A stretch of DNA of 64,000 nt from Tubulanus polymorphus (lineage: Eukaryota; Animalia; Nemertea). Positions 41,001 through 56,000 of this stretch are shown here, in pieces. The stretch is taken from NCBI RefSeq assembly GCF_964204645.1, contig NC_134029.1, forward strand, positions 868,001-932,000. The letters run 5' to 3'. The position numbers and the translations under genes are program-made. Every line of letters begins with the position of its first letter. The stretch's first letter is position 1. The notes beneath the pieces are model-generated. The model was not told the DNA's origin. It ran no database searches and worked only from the letters and a program-made list of their open reading frames with translations.

Positions 41001-44000
41001 CCATCGTTCAGTTCGCAACGAGAACTTTCACGAGTCAACTTTACAATTCTCAAGCGCAATATACGTGTGTCACGGGTTATAAAAATACAGCAACGACGAC
41101 ACAAATGTACGCGACTTGTCAAAATAATAAATCATGGGCACCAGTACCGGCTTGTGAACGTAAGACATTTACTTGAAATTCAATATGTGTCTTATTTTTA
41201 TAACTTCTAACTCTAACTAGTGAATAATTGCGGTAAGCGAATGTCACAACACTCAATCCATTTCTCTGATTCTCAACTCGGGGAAATATTTACATCATTT
41301 CCAACAGGCTGCTGAGTTCTCTGATTCTCAACTCGGTGAAATATTCACAGCAATTTTAACGCAACCGAATAGACTTTACTACTATGTATGACCAATATCA
41401 TTATTTCCAGCCATAACTTGTACATTTGATGCAAATCTTGCTACGTTTTCGACACACGGAAGCTACCACCAAACGGGTACTACTTACGGCCATTATACTA
41501 CGTTTTACTGTAACATCGGTTACGTGTTAATCGGTATATCTACTTACAAATGCGAATCAACAGTTCAAATGAAGGTTCCTACGTGTCAAGGTATGTGTCA
41601 GTATTAGGTATAATGCATTATTTTTTTAGAATCTTAAAGAAACAATATTCTTTAGGGTTACACAGCTATGGCTTAGATCTCTAAGATACGTATAAGACCT
41701 GTTAGATATCCAATCTAACAACTTAAAACCTCTTTTAAACTTGAGTCACGAATCTGCGACTGGATCCAGCAAATAGCCAGTCACGCAGTCGGTCTTAAAT
41801 CAGATAAGTTAGACTATCACATTTTCATATTTTAGCAAAGTTTTGTGGCTCCCCTCCGCAAATATCAAAAGCTACACGTACATTCGACAGTCAGCAATAC
41901 GGAGGTATTGCTACATATACCTGTGAGAACGGATACAAGATCACGAGAGGTCTGAAATCGGCAACTTGTGAGTCTGATTCCACGTGGCATAACGTACCCA
42001 TCTGTTCCCGTGAGTATCAATGAATATTGGCAGTTTTAACCACGTAAGAATCACTGAAAGTTGTGAAAGTGAACTATTTTTTACTCTAACAACTGCGGAC
42101 CTGCGACCATTTAGCTCAAACCCAATAATCATGAATGTATGCATTAATTCTAGCTATAAGTTGTGGAATTCCACCAACTCCACCCAGGGGAGTGACAGCT
42201 TACAGTGGCACCACATATCTACACTTAGCCGAATTTTCCTGTAAGGCGCAGAGTACACTGATTGGATCCAAACACGCGACTTGTGAAACCACTCAACTCT
42301 GGGTTCCCCTTCCCCACTGCGAACGTACGTAAATGCATCTTTGTGTACCTACAAATAACTATATTCATTATCATCACTTATCAAAAAACTTATACAGCGC
42401 CTTCATCATGAAGGCTCTAAGGCGATTCACAGAATATCTGAAAGACTTACAATGAAGATACAATAAAACGATGTAGAATGAATTAGAATAAGAAGATTGA
42501 AATCTTTTCGTTTTTAGAAACTGCTTGCGGCCGTCCACCAACGCTACTTAATGGGAAATCAGTTTATCAAAGCCAGGTTTCAGGCAGCAGTGTTCTGTAT
42601 ACTTGTAAAAGCGGTTACGACATTTCAAATTCAGCGGTTATAAGCTGCCCGGTTGCTGCCAATCAACTACCTGTTTGCACGAGTGAGTTTAAATCGAACC
42701 TGTTATCATCTTCCCATTGCAAAATCTGAATATGTTATGCAAAAACGATCTTCAAACGACTCTTTGTAGTTCGTGATTGCGGGATACCGATGAAGCCAAC
42801 TAACGGTCAAGTCACCTACTCGCGAACTACAGTCGGAGAAACGGCAGTTTTTACCTGTGATTCGCAATATACTTTGATCGGAGCGGCAAAGGCTAAATGT
42901 GAACTAGATGGGAAATGGAACATCATTCCGAAATGCGAAGGTACCTTTCTATATCGATTTTACCAAAACTTGTGCGTTCATTTAGGCTTCTATAGGCGTC
43001 ATTCTCTGGCTCTGAAATTGTAAACCAATAAATAAGCAGGTATCTAACAAGAAGGTTATCGGATGAGTTTGACTCCGAACATATAGAATAAGTTAATCTC
43101 CAACGGGGAAATGTGGAACTGGAGGTTTTTAACTAAATAAATTCGTATACTTACAGTTGATAAATGTGGTGCTCCACCGGTTGTTGCTAAGAGTACGATG
43201 AAGTTTATAAGTCAACAAGTAAATAGACGTGTTGTTTACACGTGTGAGAAGGGTTATATTCTAGTCGGAACTGGTTCCAGTATCTGCAGTAACAATGGCA
43301 AATGGACACCACCTCCTTACTGTAAAGGTACGTTATTAGCGAGATAAGTGCTTGATCATCATCACCCTCATCATCATGCCTGGTAACCGGATGGTCGTAG
43401 AGGCAGCTCCAGCGATTGACCAGAAGAGACAGACGAAGTGTAAGACCAATCCAGGCCTTATTGCCTTTTGGGCCGACCTCGCTTTCTTCGTGCTGTCCTC
43501 GAGAATGGTGTTGGCCAATGATCGATGAACTCTCTTTACATGAGGCCAAACACCATCGCATCTTCCTACGGTGCCTACATGAATATTTATTTTTAAATCA
43601 TTGTAGCATATCAGTGCGGCCCGGCGCCTTCTCTATTGAATATGAATGGAGTATCGACCGGACAGAGTGTCGGTGATTGGATAATGTATTCGTGCACGAA
43701 AGACAACGTGATGATCGGCCAACCGAAAGTCACGTGTCAGATTGACGGATCGTGGTCACCGTTGCCGAAATGTGAAAGTGAGTTACAAGCGAGTGTTTTA
43801 TTCACGTTCGGTGATTTTATTGAAGTTTGAAATCAAATACTACAAAGGCCTTCCAATAACGGGATGATGTCTCACAAATTTACTTTCTGATCTTTGATTA
43901 TCAATGAAAGACTTAAGTATACAGGCCTTGCAAAAACCAGAAGACACTTCACTTAGCTGCTTCAATTTACTAAAAGAAGCCATTATTCGTTTTGTCAACA

Positions 44001-47000
44001 GTTCATCTATTATTTCTAAATTATATAGAAAAGACTTGCGATGTTCCTCAGCCGATCGCGAACGGCCAGATTTTTCTATCGAGTCAACTTCAAGGAAGTG
44101 TAGCGACTTATACCTGCGATAAGGGGTATGAGTTTGAAAGTTCTACAGTAACAACCTCAACTTGTACAACATCGAATACGTGGACCTCATCACCAAAATG
44201 CCAAGGTAAGTGAAACAGCTAATCTTTACATACGACTTAGATGATACGTTAACTAAACAAAGCATTTGTTACTTTAGTTTCCATAGACGAGTCACTGTAT
44301 TCAATTAAATCAATAGAAGAACCCACAATTATGAAGAAAAACTAACATTTCGACTCCTGTGAGACGTTTTCAAAATTGAAAATGGCTCGTAAAATTCAAA
44401 GTCGAAACGTCACTACTTTTCTACTTTTCCTGATTGTGGGTTTTTTCGTCAATTTGTCATTTGATTTGGATTAATTGTTTTGTGGAAATTTGACAACCAT
44501 TTCTGACACGATATCGATGTATTCTTTTACTATATGTTTAGTTGGTAAGCACAGTTTTGACGGTCAGTTCGTATATTCGTAGTGTTCGTGGAATTAATGG
44601 TCTTTATGTACTTCATTCTTGTCAATATTGTCTAGTTACTTTTAGTGTTGGTGTTTTGTGTCTTAGAGATAATCAGAAAATAGAAATTAGAGATTTTGGG
44701 TTGAAATGGTTTTGAAATTATTTCTTATTAACGTTTACTCTTCTAAACACATTCAATTCAAGTAGCACCAATCTTACCATCCGTATTATATTCTATATTC
44801 TTACAAATCCATTGAAGTTAATCTAGTCAGTCAATTATTGAATGATAACTAATTTAATTTTGAACTTCCAGCGAAGCAATGCGGAAGTCCTAAAACGGTC
44901 GCGAACGCCGTTGTGAATACATCTGGTCAGTCGTTCAATTCGAAGGCTACTTATTACTGCAACAGTGGTTTCACGGCAGTTGGTCAGACTACTGTTACCT
45001 GTAACCTAGCCGGAGCCTGGAGCGAATCACCTACTTGCCAGAGTAAGTATCTTCTTCTATATCTGATACGTTTTTATCACTGTTGATGGACCAGAAATTA
45101 GTTCCAGACCAGATCAGTTTCTATCAAGTTTTGTCTTTGAATAGATCGATATACATGTTTAACGCATTCTAATTGAAGGCACCGTTTGTGGACCGGCGCC
45201 AGAAATTCTACACGGAAGTCGAACTTTCTTAGGACAGAATGTCAACGACCTGGCTGCATATAGCTGTAATGAAGGCTACTACCTCGTTGGTGCTGCTACT
45301 ATTAAATGCCGCGGTACTGTAAACACCTGGGACTCGCCACCAACTTGTCAACGTGAGTATTCATCCCACAATATCCCATATTTCGAAGAAGCCGAATTGA
45401 TGACCTTCTTTTTGTTTTAATTCAGCTCGTAAATGTTCCGATGTGATATTAACGAATGGTAACGTGATTAAAACTGGTTTAACGTACGGACATAAGGCTG
45501 ACTTTACGTGTAATACCGGGTTCTTCCGAGTTGGGCCCCAGTCGTACACGTGTCAGGCGGATGGATCGTGGATAGCTGGAACTAATAACTATCTTCCACG
45601 ATGTGAAGGTATTAATCGTCTGTATCTCTACACAAGATCAAATGATGTTTGATAATTCAAACGTGCTTTGCATTAAAACAATCTAAAATTCCTTAAAAAA
45701 TTTTGTCTTTGAAAGTGACTTATCATTAAACTCTTTGAATAAAAAATGTCTGCAGTGATGATCGGTTTGGGGAGCTATTCCACAGATGAGGTACCGAGAC
45801 AGAAAAAGACCATATAGAACTCTGTTCAATGAAGCGAATTTCAACTGATTATATTGTATTCCTAGCAGATTTTACATCACGTAAAATCACACAAATATTG
45901 AACTAATATATATCTGAATAATTTCAGCGACATTTTGTAAAGATCCACCGCAGTTATTATTCGGCTCGTACAGCATGTCGACACCAATACAAGATGCTGT
46001 AGTGTATTACACATGTGACACTGGCTTCCAATTAGAAGGTTCTCCGATAGCTACTTGTCAAAGTACAATGGCATGGAAGTTTCTCAATGACAATGTTCCA
46101 TCTTGTAAAGGTATTAAACTCATCTACTTGTTCATACAAGCACCGTTGGTTTTAAGTATGGAACTCAGTCTTGACATAAGTCAAAATGTGATCTTAAATC
46201 TGAATATGTCAGAAGTTGATAAATTGGCTGAAGAACCACAGATGGCCGTAGAATAATCTTGTTTACGCCTCGTTCGTGCAGCACTAACCCATGGTTATCT
46301 ACTTTTAGCAAAAGCGTGTCCAGCTCCTGTTGCGTTGACGAATGGAGATTCCAGTAACACCGGTTTACAGATAGGTTCTTACTTGACTTTCTACTGTAAA
46401 CCCGGATACACATTAATAGGCACTGCAACCTCAACGTGCGGAGCAAACGGAGCTTGGTCATCAGTACCACCAAAATGCGAAGGTAACCTTACATTATCAG
46501 CCGAATCTATTATTCTAATGTTGTGAATTCTAATGATTCTTTTCCGTTAACAGCTGATCACTGTGGAAGGCCTCCGCTTGTAAAATATAGTAAAGTTACT
46601 TGGACTTCACAGCTTCAAGGAAGCACAGCGATCTTTAAGTGTGATGCGGGATATGTAATAGATGGGAACAGTGCTGTAACCTGCCTCGCTAATAAACTAT
46701 GGGGAACACACCCCTTGTGTAAACGTAAGTAAAAAATAAATAGCTTTAATGCTAAACCTGGGACCTCGGTACGCCAACCCTACACTGTCCCCACTAGCCC
46801 AACGAGGTTGATAACATCGGCCGATCAGTGTGGTGGCCAGTTCGTCTGGTCAGTCTGGTGACCAGTCAGGCGTTGTGACTATCAACTCACATAAAGAGAT
46901 TGTTAACTATCATCTTCTGACATGTTTGTATTTAGCGGTTAAATGTGGTTCTGCACCACTTCCTAAAAATGGAGGACGGATTTTGCAAGGCGAATATTTC

Positions 47001-50000
47001 GGAGATACAGCGGAGTATTATTGCAATACGGCATTCTTCCTGATCGGAGGTGCGACATCGAAGTGTCAACCTGATGGATCGTGGTCACCTATACCTTACT
47101 GCCAACGTAAGTTTAAACCATAATAAGTGTTAATTGTTAATTTTAGTTAATCTGACAGTTATAAGATGTATCTAAATCCAATCCAATCTTGATTATAGAA
47201 TGGTTCTGCGGTAACCCTCCGGCACTGACGAGTGGAAGCGCTTTTATCAGCGGCCAGTTACAGGGTAATACAGCTACTTACCACTGTCAGAATGGGTTTA
47301 AACTATCGGGAACAGAAACCTTGAAATGCCAAGCTGATAAATCATGGAGTACTCCAGCAACAACTCCAGTCTGTAACCGTAAGTAGCGATGAATATTAAA
47401 TAGGAAATCAGTTCAGACTAAAATTCACAGTCTATGAAGTTTATACCAAAAAACACAAAATGAAGATTTAATATCTTAAATCTTGTGCCCGGGACTTTTA
47501 TATAAACATCGAATACATTACGAATAAGGCGCATGACCTGAGTTCTACAACAGATTTTGTTTACATATTTCAATTTTCTTTTGAAATTTAGCTGTTACTT
47601 GCCCTTCTCTGACGTCATTGACGGTACGTTTCGTTAGCGTTACGAAGTTGACGTTCGGTTCGCAGGCGATGTTCTCCTGCGCCTCGACGCATACACTTAT
47701 CGGTAACTCGGTCGTCACGTGTCAGGCAGACGGCACCTGGTCCGCTGATCCTCAGTGTCAACGTAAGTGATGTGTGTCAAGTTCTCCTGTAAAGAAAACA
47801 GCTCAATTTGTTACAATATTGGATATTTTGTGCAACAAGCTCTTCAGGTATTTCCATCAATGTTTTCTACATTACTTTCTGAAAATGTCGCTCTTTTATT
47901 TGCAGTTACGTTCTGTCCTGCGCCACCAGCCTTACAGTTCGGCGCCGTGAAATACACATCAGTAAATCAAGGCGCTCAGGCTTTGTATTCATGTCAGAAA
48001 GGATACACTCTTCAAGGGAAATTTACTTCGACCTGTTTAGCGGGTAAAACATGGAGCGATGTCGCTGGTCGAAGTTGCAAAGGTAAAACACGATCAAGCA
48101 ACGGATTTTCTATTCGCCCATTCGATCACGGATAAGTCGTCACATTACTGAAGTCATCTATTTTTTAATCTTAATTTGTATTTACAATTCAATTTACTAA
48201 GTTTAAGTTGTCATCATGTCCTAACTACGACGACTTCAGCACGAGTTTCACTCAATCGATGCTTTAATGGAGCGAAAATGATTACATTGCAAAAATGGAT
48301 TTGCGACGGATTTTCTATGATATTATTTTGTTTTGATTACAGTTAATGACTGCGGCGCAGCTCCGGGTTTATCGTTAGGAACTCACTCTGGTTCATCTAC
48401 AAGTTACGGCACATCAGTGACGTACACCTGTACGAGCACTAACATCATAGTCGGTAATGATAGAGTTACCTGCCAAGCGGATGGATCCTGGTCCCCTTTA
48501 CCTCGCTGTGAAGGTAAATTCAATTTCATATTTTTCATTCTGTAAGAAATATTTATAGAAATCACGTTTGTCCTTTTTAAGTATCATTGACAAGTCTAAC
48601 GTAAATTTTACTACATTACAGCCCCGGTTTGTAATGCACCAGCCGCTGTATCACATGGAACCCGATATTTTAGTGGTCAGCACGACGGATCTAAGGCTTA
48701 CTACACGTGTAATCCCGGCTATTCGATGGCTCCAACTGATAATGCGGTAGTTACGTGTACGGGAACGAGTTGGTCGAAAACACCGACTTGTAGCGGTACG
48801 TAATCTTCAAACTGATCTGTGTGAAGTTGAAACAAAGAGCTGATTCTATATTTTGACTTCTGGTCTCTACAGTTGTGACTGAGTAAAATATGGAAATGAA
48901 CTAATCTAACAATCGATTGAAATGTAACTTAGAAACAATGAATATTAGGTATATTAGGCAGGTTTCGATTGGATATGTATAACGTTTTAGGAATAGAACT
49001 TTCGGATTACAAACTCTCTACCGGGCGCTTCTATCAGGTTTACAGATTACAAACTCTCTACCGGGCGCTTCTATCGGGTTTACAGATTACAAACTCTCTA
49101 CCGGCCGCTTCTATCAGGTTTACAGATTACAAACTCTCTACCGGCCGCTTCTATCAGGTTTACAGATTACAAACTCTCTACCGGGCGCTTCTATCGGGTT
49201 TACAGATTACAAACTCTCTACTGGGCGCTTCTATCAGGTTTACAGATTACAAACTCTCTACCGGCCGCTTCTATCAGGTTTACAGATTACAAACTCTCTA
49301 CCGGGCGCTTCTATCGGGTTTACAGATTACAAACTCTCTACCGGGCGCTTCTATCGGGTTTACAGATTACAAACTCTCTACCGGCCGCTTCTATCAGGTT
49401 TACAGATTACAAACTCTCTACCGGCCGCTTCTATCGGGTTTACTGATAGTGCCATTGAGAATAGTAGAGCGTATTCTGGTCGAAACGAATGCGCCAGAAG
49501 AGAATCCGGAATCGATAAAGACCAATCAAAACCTACCGTTATGTTTTACCCCGGCAGAGTTGAATCTAACCCCAAAATGTAGACTTGCTGTGCATTTACT
49601 GAGACGGAATAAAAAATCATGGAAACTATTTGATTTTCTTTGCAGTTCGTAATTGTCCCACAGCTCCTACAGTAACGAACGCTAACCCTCCGATTGCTAG
49701 TGGTACAAATGTCGGATCCTACGCGACATACAGCTGTAAAACCGGTCATACTCTCATTGGTAAATCAACCATCACCTGTCTATCACTGGGCCAATGGTCG
49801 CTGGGGCCGAAATGCGAAAGTAAGTAAATTGAAACATCACCAGGGAACTAATAACTGTCCAAAATGTACATAGCAACAATCTTACTGTAACATCGTTCCT
49901 AGTAAATGGTTCGACCACTCTATACATAGTTACAGCCTTCAGGCCCTTGTCGAGTCCTCCATAGTTCATCGTGATATTTGCTGTAAAGGATGTTATTACG

Positions 50001-53000
50001 TTTGTCCTATGAAAATAAAACTAAAATCCACTTAGAAATGTGAAATATGAATTTACCTCCGATATAACGGAAACAATTTTGTCATTCACTTTACATTCAT
50101 GTATTTGTTGAATATTATTTTAAAGGTGATTTCTGCGGTGTACCGGTTACGATTGCGAACAGTAAATTAACATTTACGTCTCAATTGAAAGGAGCTACAG
50201 CAGTTTATCAGTGTAATACAGGTTACTATTTACTAAACGGTCTCGATACAAGCACGTGTTTGGACACTAGAAAATGGTCGACTGTTCCTTTCTGTAAATG
50301 TAAGTAAATTGGACACTCGAAATATTTCAAACTTTTTCCAGCTTTTGTCGATCCGGAGCTCGCTCGATGTGGACACTTGCCCTTTCTAACATCATTCCTT
50401 TTTCATACTCCTGTCTCTCAGTCTGCCCCCTGAATACGCCCTGTGAGAAATGACTCGACTGACGATCTCATAATTGATAGGTGTTATGATAATCTATAGA
50501 ACCTATAACGGACGTTTTATCTATTTCAGCCTATGATTGCGGTGCTCCTCCGACTCTATCAAACGGAGCTCGTTCATTCTCATCAACATCTCCTGCATCT
50601 ATAGCCTCGTATACGTGCGATGTAGGATATACACTGGTCGGCATGTCGAATGCGATTACTTGTTCAAACACAGGAGTCTGGTCCACTGCACCGAAATGTG
50701 ATCGTACGTATATTCAAAACTCAGACTTTTAGTAAATAAGTTATCTTCTTTAATCTTAAGTAAATTTGAATACTGCGCGCTTTCAATTTATATCATCCGT
50801 TCCTCGATTGTGGCGATTCTATCATCTTACTTGAAGTTGAATTCAAGAATCAATCAATAATTCAGTATGGTCTCTTTTGTAGAAACCTATTGCGGAACAC
50901 CTCCGCTTGTCCAATACGGTAAACTGAAGGTATTTACCGGTCAACAAGTGAACAATAAAGCCACATATGTTTGTGATACTGGTTATGAGATCCAAGGAGC
51001 TGCTGATGTTACGTGTCAAATCTCTAAAGCGTGGACGACGCCTCCCACTTGTAAAGGTGCGTATGAAATTAAGTATTTTATATCAATCCAAAGACTTGAT
51101 GGTTGGGGATTTTAATACGAGGAAAATTCTGATTTCAGCTAAATACTGCCCAGTACCGCCATCGATTGCCAACACTAAGGTAAGCCACGGAGTTCAACCT
51201 ACTGAAGGCGATAAAGCGACTTATTACGGCGATTCTGGTTTCACGCTTACCGGTGATACGACTGTAACATGTATAGGAGGCACTTGGACTAAACCCACAT
51301 TTACCGTTGAAGGTATTGCAAAATGAAGTTATTTTAGATAAATTGATGATTTTCACATATATATGAAGATGTTTTGTTTTGATAGCTACTCACTGCGGAC
51401 AGGCGACTAAAGTCCCAAATGCAGTACTGACATACAGTAGTCAGCTAGAAGGAGCAAAGGCTTCATATCAATGTAATACTGGTTACATCCGCATCGGTAG
51501 TTCACCTATAACATGTCAGAATAAGGCTTGGGGAACGACACCAACCTGTAAACGTAAGTAAAATACTGCTAGTTAACTTTAATGAAGCACTCAAAGTTTC
51601 CTTGACTTAATCCTAATAGTCATCTTACAACCTTTGTATATTGTGGGATTCTATATTATGAATACTGTTAGATGGTGCAATATCTGGTGATGAAAGACAA
51701 GTTATTCTCATAATTACAGTACTGACTTGTTCATCTCCACCTCAAGCTCCTGGCGGTGAGCGAACATACGGCGGTTTATTCGTCGGAGACAGAGCTTCGT
51801 ATGAGTGCTTCGCGAACTACGCGCTTATCGGGCAACCTACTATAGAGTGTCAGTCTGACGGAACGTGGGGGATACCACCAACCTGCCGCGGTAATTACAT
51901 TTCTAGACACGACAGTTATCAATTGCTTCCCATAGACAAGAGACTGTCTTCAATTCAGTTGAAGATAAAACCATAAATAAAATTTGTCTTGACTCAAGTT
52001 GCTTTAAGATATTTTCAAACAATTTTGAAAATGTTTCATTGAATTCAATCGAAAGTCTCTTAGTTTTTCGGCGTTATTGTTGGTTTTTTTCACAATGTTT
52101 TTAACACTGAAAGAATTGTTTGCTTCAAACAGCTCAATCCATCAACAAAATTTGGCAACTGACTGCTTCATCTTTGCAGCTAAACAATGCGGAGTGCCGA
52201 TTGCGGTTCAACATGCTACAGTCGTGTACACAAGACAAGATGTTGGAGCTACGGCCACGTATTCTTGTAGCACCGGCTATAGAATATCTGGAGCAGCTAC
52301 CGTGAACTGTGTTACCGGTCCACCGGTCGCTTGGTCGACAGCTCCAACTTGTACAAGTATGTGAAAAAGAATTCAAAAACCAGAATCCTATTCCATAGTG
52401 AAGCCACTGTGGAGCTGGATCCTGTATCACACTCCCAATAAAGATTCTCGCATTCTGATCTTGTAATAAACTAGATATGTTTTGATTTTGTAGTCGTTGA
52501 TTGTGGTAAACCATCAGCTCCGGCTCAAGGTTCAGTCGTGGCTCAGGTTACGACTTACGGAAATCGAGCGACATTTTCCTGTAACAATAACTACAAACTA
52601 GTCGGTCAGAGTTCGGCTCTCTGTTTGTCGGATGGAACCTGGTCGAGTCAAATCCCAAAATGTGAAGGTAAAAAGAAAAACTGATTGAATGAACTGAGAA
52701 AGATTATGGAATTTCATAAGTAAAATCTAGAATTCCTGAACTCGAAGATAAATTCTTCCTAAGCAATACTTTGTTTAAAACGATGTACTGAATGTTGCTC
52801 AAAAGAAGATATTATAAATTGTTACACCTCTCATGATTAATTCTGTAAAAATGTATTTGAAAATAGATCATATCATATCACCATATTGTCAACATTATAA
52901 CCTTGAATTTAGCAATAAAGTTGAAAGTTATTCAGAATCAAATTGTCAAAAGCGGGGCACAGAACCTAATTGTAGAATAGCCATGCTGAAGTGGAAAATT

Positions 53001-56000
53001 TATAAAAAGATTAATACAGTACCTCTAAAACTATTAGTATACATAACAGAATCGCCTGTTTTCGTTTTGACTTTGTAGTAATTGGTTGCGGTAAGCCTCC
53101 TGGCATAGCACACGGTAAACTATCATCTTACACCGGTCAAACTGTCGGATCAACCGCTCAGTACGTCTGCGATACTGGATACAAGTTTACAAGCACGAAT
53201 ATAGCCCCATGCGTCGGTGTAAATAACTGGCAGTTACCGACTTGTAACCGTAAGTAAAACATCTTTGACTTCACCTGGAATCAAGGATGAAAACAACATT
53301 TCAGAATTCGTGGTTTTTCAGTAGTTTGTCTATGATAACTATAAACTGACCCTACTGTCGATCTACTGCATTGTGTGGATCCTCACTTTTTATTTCCATC
53401 TTGGGGACCGATTCACATGATACATTCCATTCCACTTAGAAGTAGATTTATTTTGTTTTTTTTCTACGAGATACTGTCATTTCGTTACCTGTTAAAGGTT
53501 GGATTCGGACCATCACAAACCCCAGCAATGGATGAATACTATGATAATTTTGATTACATATCTTTTCTTCAGCGGTTGATTGTGGAACGCCGACTATAAC
53601 TGACGGTAAAGCAGTTTATACCGCGACCACATTCGGCTCTACTGCAACATTCAGTTGTAATAGTGGATTTACTATGATCGGAATCTCACCTGTTACATGT
53701 TTATCAGACGCAACCTGGTCATCCAAACCCACTTGCCAAAGTAAGCTTTTTTCGAGTCTATAATAGAGATGCTCTGCTATTGGTGTTGAGCTTAACATTT
53801 GGATATCTTTTAAAAGGTAATGGCTGTAGAACCCCGCCTGTAGTTCAGAAAGCGAGTTGTCACTACACATCTCAACAGACTGGAGCGACTGCTACTTATA
53901 AATGTGAAGTCGGATACAAAATCGTTGGTTCACCTCAAGTACAATGCCAAGCGAACTCACAATGGACCGCAGCACCAACCTGCAATAGTAAGACTTTATA
54001 TGTTAAAACACTTGGCGACATGACGTGTTACAACCTTATTGTTTCTTGTACGGAGGTAAATGTATTTTCAGTGGTGGATTGCGGAGCTCCGGCGGATATC
54101 GGTGGCCAGCAAAATAAAGCTGTAACATCCACCCTCTATAACGGGAAAACAACCTACACGTGCGATTCAACTCACGTGCTGATTGGTAATTCGGTGATCA
54201 CGTGTCAGGCTGACGGCCAATGGACATCGATTCCTCGATGTGAAAGTAAGATTTCGGAACTTATGAAAAGAAAATATATCATCGTAAAACATTCCATACA
54301 ACCACTACCTTCAATTCTCCTTGCAGAAAGATTTTGCGGTGTTCCACCTGATGTAGCAAACGGAGTTGTAAAATACAGCGGACAAATGGCCAGTGATACC
54401 GCAGTATTTACATGTGCGACCGGGTACACATTGAAAGGTTCCAACACCATTACGTGTCAGACAGATAGAAACTGGACAGCAGAACCGACCTGTCTCGGTA
54501 CGTATTCCAATCACCGTCATCTTCATTCTCATCATTCCTTAGCCAACAGTAAGGGCAGTGCGGACATCTTCATCAGCCGCATTCGGCCCACTCCCAGACG
54601 TATCAACCTTTTTATCATCTTCATTCTCATCGCCCCTTAGCCAAACGTTGGAGCAGCACAAGCATCCTTTATCAGCAGCCTCTAACCAGCCTCCCGCATT
54701 CGGTTCTCTCCAGACGGGTCAGTCTTTTAGCACGGAGCTAGACCTGTCCAGGAGCGGATATCATCGTCTACATCCATTGTTCTTTTGCGAATCCCTTACA
54801 CGTATTCTACTGAGAAATAACTGAGTGTTTGTCCTTTACTTCCCGATCATAATGATGTATTAAATCTGACTTAACAGGAGCTGGATGCGGTCCACCTCCG
54901 GCAGTCGATAGCGCCGATACTCCCAGATATACAACTACAACAGTCGGTAGTCAAGCCTCATATACGTGTAAAACATCTTTCACAATGGTCGGATCGAAGG
55001 ATGTCACGTGCCAAGCTGATGGATCCTGGTCACAATTACCAAAATGCCAAGGTAAGGATAAGAATCCAATAATAGTCGGGATCCAGTTCCACAGTTGTGA
55101 GTTAAGATTTGTGTGTAACTTCGTTATTAACTGATTTCAAATGTGGAGTCTCGAGAACTGTGGCACTGACTTAGTCCCGATACATCGTGCATATAGAAAT
55201 TTCATTCGAATTATGATTTTTTTAAATACAAAATCTTGTCTTTCTCGTTATATTCGCACAGCGGCTCATTGTCAAAATCCACCGTCTTTGAGCAACGCGA
55301 AAATCATCAACTTATCCGGTTTAAAACAAGGCGATACGGTTACTTATCAGTGCGATAACGGGTATGAATTCACTTCCGGTACCGGCACATCCACGTGTCA
55401 AGTTAACAAATCATGGTCGGCTCTTCCTACTTGTTCAGGTATTGTATCTTTTGAAAGATGTTTCTTCGATTTAATTACCTAGTTTGATCATTGAATTTGA
55501 TCATTCTAAACGCAGGGAAGAACTGTGGAACTATACCGACTGTACCTAAAGCTACCCACGTCAACAATCCACCTGGCACAACTTACCAAAAAACTGTCCA
55601 ATATACCTGTAGCGCTGGCTATACAGCCGTAGGAAATAACCCTATAACGTGTCTGGCGACCGGGAAATGGGAATCGCCGCCATCTTGTCAAGGTAAGTGA
55701 TTGGTGATTGAGGTTTGAATAGTTTGAATGAACCAGTCACGGGTTCTCAGAGGTTGCACGTTCGACACATACACCAGAATCAGCAGCACTTTATTGTTTT
55801 GTTATTCTATCTCTATCGTTTACGATTCAATAATTAGAAATTCTTTATTGCATCTTTTGTTGAATGTATATATATCAAATGCACAAAACACTTCTGCACA
55901 AAGAAACCACTTGAAGCCTATAATAGTCTTATGAGTTTCATGCAACGTATCCTATCAAATCTTGATTTTGTTTATGCCGATTTTTACAGCGACATTCTGT

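Noticed and set aside
48969-49652. 227-aa repetitive ORF, or CRISPR-like array
   Set aside because: Contiguous 40-bp tandem repeat with no unique spacers and no cas genes, inside a eukaryotic intron.
53780-54640. 286-aa single-exon CCP gene
   Set aside because: Three CCP exons joined through two stop-free 3n introns with clear GT-AG ends; part of the giant gene.
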